Shown here in pieces: positions 1 through 11,759 of a stretch of 64,000 nucleotides of DNA. The notes below the pieces were generated by a model. The model worked only from the letters and a program-made list of their open reading frames with translations. It was not told where the DNA came from and ran no database searches. The DNA comes from Hemiscyllium ocellatum (Eukaryota), in assembly GCF_020745735.1 (NCBI RefSeq), contig NC_083427.1, forward strand, positions 3,565,438-3,629,437. The letters are read 5' to 3'. Within the stretch, counting starts at the first letter, position 1, and each line of letters opens with the position of its first letter. The position numbers and the translations under genes are program-made.

Positions 1-699
1 AGTGAAAATTGTGAGAATCTGTATGTTCCTACCACTAATTTTTTTGAATGTCATCAATGACTTAAAAGTCGAAAGCGAAAGGACAATTTGAAACTTTTCT
101 AGGAATCTGTCACAGTGCTGAAGATGAAACTGAAATTCAAGAGAACAATGACAGACCAGTAATGTGGATGTCCACGTTGCAGACTTGCGAAAGAATGCAT
201 TTTGTAAATCAAAAATATAGGACACAGGACAATGAAGAAGATGTGGAAAACAAGTAAAATGACGGGATTTTATTTAATACTTCATCACTCGCATTTATTC
301 CTTTCATACTTCCCGGAAGTAAGTGACTTGGTAGGCATTTCCCAAGGTTAGGGTTCAATGACATTACTGTGAGACCAGCTGAAAATAGTAACTTTTCTTC
401 CTTCAATGACTTTAGAGAAATAGATATGGTTTTATTTTTAAACAATGATCATGATTACCATCACTGGGATCAGTTTTTAATTCCAAGATACTCTGTTTAA
501 TGTCGACTCCCTCATATTCCATGCTGTGATTTCAAACTTCTTCCCCAAACCATGAGCCTTATATTCTGTATTATTCGCTCAGTGAAATTACTACTAGCTG
601 TTTTCACTGATCTGTCCCTCAGGAAGTCTTTGTACAACGACTTGACTCTCCAATCCCTCCATTAGGGAAGATATCCCATTACTAAAGACAACCACACAG

Positions 700-3330
700 A
701 CTTTCCATAAGATAATAAGAAACCGGAGCAGAAATTAGGCCATTCAGCCTATCGAGTCTGATCCGCCATACAACTATGGCTGATAAGTTTCTCAAGCCCA
801 TTCTTCCACTTTCAACCCATTACCCTTGATCTTCTTGATCATCAAAAAGTTACCCATCTCTGTCTGAAATACATTAAATGACCTGGCCTCCACAGAGGTA
901 TTTGGCAGCGAATTCCATAGATTCACCACTCTCTTACTGAAGCTGTTTTCCCTTATGTCGTTTTAAAATATATTCTCTTTGCTCTACATGTGTGCCCTCT
1001 TCTCCTCGTCTCTCCTAACAATGGAAACATCTTCCCAACATCCAGGCCATTCAAAAATGTGTACGCTTCAATTAGATCCACCCCTTATCCTTCTAAATTA
1101 CATCCAGCATAGTCTCAGAGTCTTCAAATATTCTTCATATGTTAACCTTTTCATTCCCGGGACGATTCTCGTGAACCTCCTCTGAACACACTCCAGGGCC
1201 AATGCATTGTTCCTGACATATGGGGACCAAATATGGTCTGACCAGAAATACATCACTACTTTTATATTGAATTCCGTTGAAAATACATGCCATTATCGCA
1301 GTTGCCTTCCTAAGAATAGATTCAGCTGGCAAGTTTACACTGAGAGAATGCTGGAGTAGAACTGCCTAGTCTTTTTGCACTTCAGACTTCTAAATTTTCT
1401 CCCCATTTGGAATGTCGTCCATTACTCTATTCTTCTTACCAAAGTGGATGACCTCACACTTTCCCACGATGAATTCTGTCTGCCACTTTCTTGTCAACTC
1501 TCCTAACCTGTGAAAATCATTCCACAGCTTTTCTGCCTCATGTCCCTTTATCTATCTTTGGACTGTATTCGAACTTAGCCAGAATGGTCTCAGTTCCTTC
1601 ATCTGGATCGTTAATTCATAGAACTAAAAGTTATGGAACCAACACCAAGCCTTGTGGAACACCACTTATGGAACAAAATTTCTTACTTGTTGTCATTCTG
1701 AGAAAGACTCTTGTACCAAACTCTCTGTTCCTGCAAGGAAGGCAAGCTCCTATCAATGCCAGCACCTTGCCATTAATACCATCGGCTTTAACCTTACTCA
1801 GTAGCTTCCTGAGCAGCAACTTTTCAAAAGACTTCCTGAAGTCCAGGTAGATAACATCAGTTGGCTCTCCTTGATAAAACTATGCTGACTTTGCTTTATT
1901 TTACCATACGCTTCCAACTTTTCAGAAATCTCATCCTTCACAACAATTTCGAGGATGTTATCCAAAACTGATGTTAGGCAAATCATTCTATAATTTTCCG
2001 TCATTTGACTTATTCCCTTTTTAAATAAGGGTCTCACATTAGTGATTTTCCAGTCCTCTGGGGCCCTCCCTGATTCTAGAGATTTCTGAAAGATCACCAC
2101 TAACGCTTTTATTATCTCTTCAGTTATCTCCCTTCGAACTCAGGGTTTAGTCCATTTGGTACAGCCGAGTTATCCAGCTTCAGGCCATTCAGTTCTTCAG
2201 CACCTTATACTTGGTGATGGCCACCATACTCAGCTCTGCCCTGCACTCTCTTGCTTGTTTGGGATATTAATTGTGTCTTCCACCATGAAGACCGATATGA
2301 AATAATTGTTTAGTTAGTCAGTCATTTCCTTGTTCCCCATTGCCTATCTCTCTAACGTCATTTTCCAGTCCAATGTCCACTTTTGCCTCTCTTTTGCTCT
2401 TTTTATACCAAAAAAGTCTTACTCTCTATTTTAATGACTGGCTATCTTACCTGCATATAAATTATTTCCCCTCCACATTTCTTTTTTTGTTGCCCCCTTT
2501 TGGTCTTTGTAAGCTTCAAAAATCATTGATTTCCCACTGTCCTTCAAAACATTTGTATTTCCTCTTCACCTTTTATGCTCGCCTTGCCCTCCATAGTCAG
2601 CCATGGTTGCCTCATCCTCCCTGTGCCACGCTTCATTTCCTCGGGATGAATATTTGCTGTGTCTCCTGAATTATTCGCAGAAACTCCTACCATTGCTGTC
2701 CAATATCTTTCCTCTAGGCTCGTCTCCTAGTCAATTCTATCCAGCTGCTCCACCATGCCTCTGTACTTGCCTTCATTCCACTATAATACCAATACCTCTG
2801 ATTGTACGTCTACCCCCTCAAATTGTAATGTAAATTCAATTACGTTATGGTCACTGCCTCCTAAGGGTTCTTTAACTTTGATATGCTTCCTTATCAAGTC
2901 TGCCTCTTGCACAACATGAAATCCGGTCCTGACTGTTCCCGAGTGGGCTCCATGAAAAGCTGCTCCAAAATTCCATCTAGTGGACATCCCACAAATTACT
3001 TTTCCTGAGAACCAAGAGAAAACTGATTTTCAACGGTTCACCTGCATATTGAAACGCCTCATAATCACTGAAAATTTGCCTTTTCTGCACATCTTTTCTA
3101 TCTCCTGTTGTTTGTGGAGCCCCAGTTCCTGATTTCTGTTTGGAGGCCTTTGCATAACTCCAAGTTTTTTTTTTAACTTTTTCAATTCTACCCAAGCAGA
3201 TTCTGCACCATGTGACCCTACTTAATTTCCTACTATTGACTTAACTTCTTTTCTCACTAATAAGGCAACCCACCCGCTCTGCCCACCTGCATAACTTTTC
3301 GTAAGGAAGCACATCCTTGAATAGTTAGCG
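700..3330 (-). mobile_element. CR1-clade LINE, decayed ORF2 (endonuclease remnant + RT + 3' end)
   Basis: EPLGGSDHNVIEF (APE), FQKSLESGRAPEDWKITNVRPLFKKG..NYRMICLTSV, SGVPQGLVL. Confidence 0.9.
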
Positions 3331-5514
3331 AATATTTCTGTTCCCCTTGCAACCACAACTTTGTGATTCCTGCCATGTCATATCTACCAGTTTCGATATG
3401 CACCACAGCCTACATGCCATATTATATAAAATCCTGTTCTCACTTCCGCTCAAGGAGATATTAACACACTGGCATAATTTAGACACTTCTCTTAGAGGCA
3501 TATCTGTGATCTTATCTGTGTCTCAGTCGATGTGTAAAATGCTAACACATTGACTGGTAACTTCAAGACCCTCGTTCCCACATAGATATCTATGCAACGG
3601 TAGTTTGTTGCTTCGTTCTGGGACTTCAGGATAATATCTGTGAAGTGACTAATGTCCATCAGTCACCTTATCTCAATGAAATACCCAAACACATTATCGC
3701 TGTCTTCCTCAGGGAGATACTGCATACCGGCTCACAAGAAGCAACATTTTGAATCAGTGGCATTTTAAGTTTTCCAAACTGCATTCGTTGCCTGCAGACC
3801 TTCCCATAACATTCCATACGGCACGTAAACTACCACGGGTTGATTGGACGAAAGTAATTTATTATGATAGGAATTGGACAATAGATCAGAGCTTACATCA
3901 CTCAGCATATGAATTGAAATGTTTTTCAAAGTAGTTTAATCCCATTTGAGTTGGAAATCAACTTCATTATTAAATGATTGCAGATCCTTATCCTTTTCAA
4001 AACACTGCAGTCAACCAGGTGTCAACATTTTTGAACCTGTGGCCATGACGACATTATAGCAATGTTACTGGATTTCGAATCAAATTAATGATTCAATGAC
4101 ACCTGATTTTGTGCCATTATTACAACAGGTAAATTTAGCAAGCCACCATTCACCCTGGAATTGAATATGCTCTTGATACTAAATATAATGTGAGGTTGCC
4201 AAGCAACCTAGTCCATTGTTGTTCCTTATGGAAGGGAATCTGCTTTCTTCATCTGATCTGTTCTCCGTGTGGTTCTGGTCACATAGTGTCGCAAGCAGCT
4301 GTAAGTTAGCCCTTGATGTTGTAGGTGTCACTCACCTTATACAAATTATTTTAAGGAATCGAAATATCAATCCACACTCTCCCCTACCGTTAATTCCTTA
4401 CACGACCTTGGCCCAAAGCATGGTATATCTCAGGTTACATTGATATGTCCTGAATATCATAGCACTGCAATGCAGTGGCCCAGGGATCAATCCACCTCCT
4501 CACTGCATTGCTCCTTACAATATTGCAGGTCCTAATGCACTCTTAGGAAACCAGATGTCATTGCATCCTGAGATTTCCATTTCCTACCTCTTATCTGAGA
4601 TTATATTGCCACAGAATAACATTTTCAGTCTTAGCAATGCAGTAGATATTATTTGATCATGAAATGAATTGTCGAGATTCTTCTGGTGGCTTCGATACTT
4701 CTTCACATTGTGAACATAATCTGCAGATAAATATGGATATGGCAAGTATGTTTATTCATCAATACTTAAAATATAGCATTAGCTGATGAAAAATTTTATT
4801 ATATATTCCATACACTGCATCGTTCTCTCTCTTTGTCCAGTGTGCAAGTGTTAATTTAATTTTCTGTACGTCTATCTCTCTGTTAATGTATCTTGATCTG
4901 TTCATTTTTCTGTATTTGTGCCTATATTTTCAATTGCTTTCATACCTGTGTGCATAGAACTGACAGAGACTAAACATCATATTTGTCTCCCTAACACATC
5001 AGTCAATCTATCAGTCTTTATCTGTCTCTGAAAATGTATGATTTCTCGTTTTCCACGCTTTGTTTATTCTATAACTTATTAATATGAATATACATGATTA
5101 TGTCTGCATCTGTATGTACTGATTGTGTATCTTTGGTTAAGGAGTTGAACGTATGCGATGATTTTTCTCATTGCAAGCTTTCAACTAGATACCACGCATT
5201 AATTATGTCTTATGAGGAAACAAAAACTACTGTTAGGCCGAGTTGACCATTATTATGTTTTTTTAAAATGATGTTGAAAGGAAGGACGCCAAGGTTTTGA
5301 TTCATTGAGAGATAGTTTATTCACTCAGTATTGACCTTTGTATTTCTCGTGCAAAGATTCTCAAAGAACAATCATTGAATAAAGGCAGGATATGGTCTCC
5401 TTGATTAATTTGTCGAAACACAATCTTTCGGGATTCAATGTAGAGAAAAGTAGGCAATGATATTTTATTTAGTGACCGTTAGAATTTTAAGGCCATGGCC
5501 ACTGCTCGAACATA

Positions 5515-6382
5515 TTAGACTACACATCGTTTTTTCCACTGAAAGTTTTGTGACCTAAAAATGTACAGTAAGGGAGTGAGAATGGCTGTAAAACAAGTGA
5601 GCGCCCAAACACATTTTTTAACATTACATATGTAAAAATATGTAACTGTATATGGCAGATACAACAGATCATTACACAAAAAGTAAAGTTCTGGGATGTG
5701 ATAAGGTGCAAAGCAAAAAAAAAGAGAAGGGCCAATATCCACTGATGGTCTTCAATACCTTCCTCTTCATCAGCTCCATGGATCCTTTCCAAGCTCTAAT
5801 TCTTATCAGTTTGCTTATTATCAGACCATATTAGATCAACAGGATTAGGATAGGGATGGAGAAAAATATAATTTCACAACATAACTTCAAAAGTTGCCAT
5901 TGTTGAAACACTGATCGCTTATATTTGCATGATCTGTTATTAGATACGTTTTCTTTTAGCACGACAATTGCCATCACACTTGCGGTCAACACTGCCAACC
6001 AAGTTACATAGACAGAATGACAAAGAATCGAGTCTTTCTCCAGGAACGAGATCTGATTGGGTGGACAACAGCGATATAATGGTCAATGGCAACGCAGGTC
6101 ATAAAGGGTGGGTTGCTATAAAAATTGATTAAACCTGAGAGTATAAGCATGAACGAACGATTCCGCCATATTATATTCTGGGATATATTGAATGAGGTTA
6201 AACATTGAGGCCAGGAGAACGAAAACGTTGGTGATCGTTAAGTCAAACAGGAGGACTTCAGTTGCTGATGTGATTTTCTTCCTTCGGATGAAATGCCACA
6301 GTGCGATTGAGTTCATAATAGTACCCAGGAGAACTCCAGCGATAAGGAGAGAAGGAAGAAGGATGCTTTGCATTCTCGCCAT
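5515..6382 (-). pseudogene. Single-exon class A GPCR pseudogene, P2Y/LPAR-like (delta group)
   Basis: All seven TM motifs appear in order across frameshifts: TM1 GTIMNSIALW, TM2 VLLFDLTITN, TM3 FYSNPPFMTCVAIDHYIAVVHP (DHY at 6084-6076), TM4 YVTWLAVL, TM5 FSIPILILLI*YG (TAA 5833-5831), TM6 FFCFAPYHI, TM7 LTCFTAILTPLLYIF. Span is about 289 codons. Confidence 0.85.
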
Positions 6383-8289
6383 TACTTCAAAACCCTGTCA
6401 TTGAAATGGTCAAGGCTTCCATTTAAATTTTCATTTAATTCCTGCCTGTGTTTGGTGACTGCCGTGATCCAGCTTTCAAGAGCGGCCATTGATTCTTTGC
6501 TAATAGGAAAGAGTAAACGTTGAGCTATGAGGGAACATTGAAATTTACATTTCCAAGGAAACTGAATCTGCACCAGTGAGCATCGATTGTGGTAATTCTC
6601 AATTAGGATACAAGCACACTAATCGTCTCACTGAAGGCTGTATCTGTACTCTCGACTGGTCTGTCTCCTTTTCAAAGATGCTTATATATTATCTCATGCA
6701 TTTCGGTACTTTATTCTATGAGGTAGATACCAGTACACTCTGATCTTTAACCACGGAACCCCCATTTAAAAGACATTGTGATTGTAACCCGACATGTCAT
6801 GGATTGTGGCAGTTCAAAAATGTTATTCATCACCATCTTCCCATGGGCAATTTTGGTGGAAACGTAAATGTTCGTCTGATCTTATAAAATAATAAAGCAG
6901 AAGCAGATAATTCGTTTTTAAAGATACTGTTTTGCGGGATGATAGTGGAGTGTGATGGAATGACGTTATCTAAGAGGTTGCAATCTTGGATATGACTGGA
7001 TATTCTCTCTCATGCTCACTACGATGTTGTTTGCAACGTTTTCCTTCCCGTCTTAACTATGCCTGCTCTGACCTCTATGCTCCATTTTCGATGTTATCTT
7101 CTCTACTGTGTATTTAATCATTCAATTTCTCCACTCTTCTATGCATGCTCCCAATCTTTGCCAGTAATAGTTCCCTCCACCCAACATTATGGGTTCAATT
7201 CAATTGGTGAAATTATCACTCAGCTTCCAAATCTTAACAAATTTTGTATGTTGTCGCAAAGTAATTATATCTTTACCTTTTCAGTATATTGGAAGCAGTA
7301 AAAATCGGTGTGAACTCACGTAAAAACGAAGGCCTATTCTGCACAGTTTGCTTCAAAGAACAGAATGCATGAAGTCTGCAGATTTTGGTGCATGTTCATC
7401 CAATATCCTACAGGTACAACCAACTACTGTGATTCAGAGTCATTTATAGTTCCTGGACTGCAGGTGCTTTGATTACTCAGCTCACTTGTACCGCGTGAAA
7501 ATTCTAGTGCCTCCCTATAAGAGATTTGAATTTGCAAGTACCGAACCCAAATAACTTCAGTGCTGCAAATAATGAAGGTATATTGCCCTTACTTTCTCGG
7601 AAAGAACGGCTAAATATGTCCTCAGGAAGAGCTAATGGATTTCTGTTCTCACACCTGGAAATGTAGCGGAGTAACCAGTAATCTAATGTATATTTTGGAA
7701 TAGATTCCTTTCTAGTCTCATCTAGAGAGGATGCCGAATATGTTTTTTATGCCCTGGACATTTGTTCTATAACATGTCATGGAAATAGATTCTGTTCTGC
7801 AATATTGAAGAATATATTATAATGCTTCAAATACATCTGAAGACAATTAAATGTGCCAGGCATTCCTGGGCTTTGAGAGCTCAGCTTTCAGGTTACCCAG
7901 CCATTGCGATATAATAATCGCATCCTTTTCCGAATGTAATCTTCTAGATTAGTTGTAGGTAGGTACATGGCAATTCTTACACTTAATTACAACAGCTGAT
8001 TCCTTTCTCGTCAATTATCCCTGACTTGCCTATGTCCAACACACCATTGAAGGCCCAATCTCTATAAACACCAAGCAGTAGATGACATGTAAAAACATAG
8101 TGTCATTCCCATAGCACTTAGCTTTTTTCACGTTCTCAGCAATCAAACCGTCAAATGTATGAACGCAAAACCATTTGTTGCCATGTCAACCTATATGATG
8201 ACTTATTGGTATTATCTAGTAACCAGAATATGTAAGTAGTATTTGGGTGACAGGAATGGCACTTCAGCACTTCAGATTATGAGATTTCA

Positions 8290-9560
8290 ATTCCAAAATA
8301 ATTGGAATGCGAAAGTTTTCTGGTTAGAAACGTGCCTGGCACAAAGGAAGATGGTTGTGAATTTTGGAGATCAGTCATTTCAATTCCAGAACGTTTCTGC
8401 CAGAGTTCCTTGGGTTGGTGTCCTATCCCAAGTATCTCCAGCTGCTTCATCAGCGACTTTCCCTTCATCATAAGGTAAGGTGTTTGCTGATGTTTGCACA
8501 ATTCAGCACAGAGACTGAAAAAGTCCACGTCTAAATGCACCAAAACCGGGAAAATATCCAGGCTTGGAATGACAAGTAATAAGTAAAAGATCGTGCCATA
8601 CAAATCCCAGGCAATGAAAATAACGATCAAGGGAAAACCCTTGTGCTTACCAGTGACCAGAAACTGAATTGGATTAACCATACAAATAAAATCGCCTTAA
8701 CAGCAGGTCAGATCAAGGAATATTGCAGAGGATATCTTATCCCTTGATATCGTAACACCTTTCCACCATCTATAAGGCATAAATCGTGAGTGTGTTGGAA
8801 AACTCCACACTTGCCTGAATGAGTGTAGGCTAAAGACTCCGAGGAAGCTTAACATTTTCTCTCAAAGTCTGTAAGGATAAGGACAAGGAATTAGCAAATT
8901 GGATTTGTTGATGAGAAATTTTGTGATGATATCCATGACGCAGTTAGATTTAAGAGAGTAAAGAAAATAGAGCGAAAATCGTTTGGCAATGACACCACCA
9001 ACCTGTGAAAGGGTAATTTTACAAACTAACATGCATGTGAACTGAGTGCCAGATCCGTTCAGATCAAATTGTGTCAGAGCGTGAGAAGTCATTAAGAAGG
9101 AAATGGCAAGAATAAGGGACAAGTATGTTCCCTTAAAACAAAACAGTGAGAGCAAGGGAGGAGAATCTTGGATGACAAATGATGTAAATGTTTTGATTAA
9201 GAAAAAATGCTGAACAAAAGACTGAGGCCCAGGATTACTGCGTCCGTGTACCTCGAGGCATACACCAGGTGCAGGGGGCGAATTAAGAGGCAGTTAGGGA
9301 AATCAGGACGATGCATGAGACAGCGTTTTCAGGTGGAATAAATGAAAATACAAAATATTATTTCTGAAAGAAAATATGTAAAATGTATGAAAACAATTTG
9401 GGAAAGAATAGGATTCAACAGGGAAAATAGTCACAATTTGCTTGGTGAACTGCAAGACTTGAGTACTGTCCTCAATGAATTTGTTACGTTGAGCTTCACA
9501 ATTGAAATCAGTCATGTGGGTTTAGATATCAGAGTTCAAAACTATCACATTAATTTAAAA
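8290..9560 (+). mobile_element. CR1/L2-type LINE fragments
   Basis: Degenerate RT region (W..TCLAQRKMVV..VSARVP..GVL) followed by further CR1-like pieces. Boundaries approximate. Confidence 0.6.
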
Positions 9561-9668
9561 TGAAGAGAACTGATAGGAATGTTAAAAAATAGAGAGAGGA
9601 ATATAGAGGGAGAGAGAGAGATGGAAAAGGAAGGGACAGAAGAGAGAGAGAGGGAGGGGAAGAGAAAG

Positions 9669-9669
<1 letters not shown>

Positions 9670-9745
<76 letters not shown>
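9670..9745 (+). repeat. (GATA)19 microsatellite preceded by a GA-rich purine tract (~9590-9669)
   Basis: 76 nt of perfect GATA repeats counted directly. Confidence 0.97.
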
Positions 9746-9747
<2 letters not shown>

Positions 9748-9749
9748 GC

Positions 9750-10130
9750 AGACACCTGTTGCTGAAAACAACATGAATTCGACGGGGACAACACTCCTAT
9801 TATAAGGCAAGCCAAACAGAGAGCAGCCAGGGAATTCCTAGAGGCATGGCACTCATCCACTGTTTCTATCAACAAACATATTGAACTGGACCCAATGTAC
9901 CGGCCACTGCAGCGGACAGCATCTGACAACCAGAAGCGGCAGAGACAAGCCACTATAAATGCCGGAGGAAACATCACAGAAGCGCTTCACAGGAGGCTCC
10001 CAAGCACTGAGGATATCACCTAGAAAGGGGACGAAACGTTTGCAACAAAAACTCACAGCTCGGATAACAGAACCACAACAACGAGCACCCGAGCTACAAA
10101 TCTTCTCCCAAACTTTGAAGTCATACAGCA
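9750..10130 (+). mobile_element. Penelope-like fragment of a different family (endonuclease C-terminus + 3' region)
   Basis: Plus frame KQHEFDGDNTPIIRQAKQRAAREFLEAWHSSTVSINKHIELDP is typical of a PLE GIY-YIG C-terminus. It is followed by a CTGAGGA..GAAACGTT hammerhead-like motif. Confidence 0.75.
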
Positions 10131-10169
10131 CTTCCAAACTGGTTCATGGCAACCAAAATATCCATCCAA

Positions 10170-10860
10170 GCTAACCCCATTGCCCTGAACGTGTCCCGTT
10201 TCCTTCTAAACCTTCCTTATCCATGAGTTTGTAGAAATGCCTTTTAAATGTTAATTTACCCACCTCAACTACTTCCACTGGAAACTCATTCCCCATGCGT
10301 ATCACCTTCGCATCAAAATTCTGCCCCTCAAGTTCCCTTTTATTGTTTCCCCTCAAACCTTAAGCTGATGCCCTCTAGTCGTCCATTCCTCAACCTTGGG
10401 AAAAAAAAGAAATTGTGTATTCACCCTATGCATGCCCCTCATGATTGTATACACTTGTATAAGATCTCCTTAGTCTCCTGCTCTCCAAAGAAAAAAGTCC
10501 AACCTCTCCAGATAACTCAGGCCCTTGAGTCCTGGCGACAGCCTTGTAAATTCCTTCTGCACTCTTTCCATTTTAATAACATCTTTCCTACAGCAGGACG
10601 ACCAAATTTTGGACACAATATTCAAAGTGCAGCCTCACCAACGATGTGTATAACTGCAACATACCTTCCCAGCTTCTATAGTCAGTGCTCTGACAGATGA
10701 AGACCAGTGTGCTAAAAGCCTTCTTCATCGCCCTGTCTACTTGTGACTGCACTTGCAAAGAACTGTTCTCCTGAACTCCAAGGTTCCACTTCAGTCCATA
10801 AGGCCCTAACATCCACCATGAAACTCCTACCTTGATTTGACTTTCCAGAATGCCAATATG
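10170..10860 (-). mobile_element. CR1 LINE 3' fragment
   Basis: QVDRAMKKAFSTLVFICQSTDYRSWEGMLQLYTSLVRLHFEYCVQ and GNEFPVEVVEVG..FKRHFYKLM. Confidence 0.9.
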
Positions 10861-11759
10861 GAAAGGGAAATGTAGAATACTGTACACATTGGCAGCTTAA
10901 AAGAATAATAGATATAGTTACTATTCCTACTTAACTGTTCCAATATAGTAACATCTTAAAAGCACACGCCTTTGCAAAATGGAAAATTCAGACACCGAAT
11001 CTCACTTACAGTTCTCCAATCAAGGTGGAAAAGAAACTTCAAGAGAAGACTCATAAATAACAGCCAAGAGACATTCACTGAATCTTCCAGCTCTTTTGAT
11101 ACCCCAGTATCTTCGGGTTTTCCTGAGAAGAAAGCTAACCCAAGCATCTGGACCTGTGAGAGCTGGTCCCATCTATTCAGACTGCCAAATAATAACCCAA
11201 GGCCATCCCAGTTGTTTACAGAAGAGGTCGTCAGCAACCACTTTTTATTTCTGTCTCACAATCTTTCTTCAAAACGAAAAAAGGACAAAATAACATCTTA
11301 AAGTGATTGCATCATCATACCTCCTCATTCAGAAAAACAGAACCATCAATATACAAAGATGATTTCATTTATAAACCCATTAATCTTGCTCTATACCACA
11401 ATAACATAAATATACATGAACTCAAAGCATGCAATCATTCACCCCTATATTCTATTTCAGTCCGTTTATTCTCACCATCACATCATCAAAGCCGCAGCAA
11501 CACATCAGCAATTGTATTTTCTCATTCTGCCATGTATATACTTTTTAAATTGAATGCTGGCAGTAATAATCTCAATTTAAACAGTCTGGAAGGTTTGTTC
11601 TTAAATTTCTCAAAAAACTTTAATGAGTTAAGATCAGCATATACGTTTGTCTCAGGTACATTGCTGGCAATATAAATATTGAAATGTTGCAGAGCAAGCT
11701 GAAGGTTTTCTTCTCAATCGTGGAATATATCGATCAGTATTCAACTTTGTGGAAAAATA

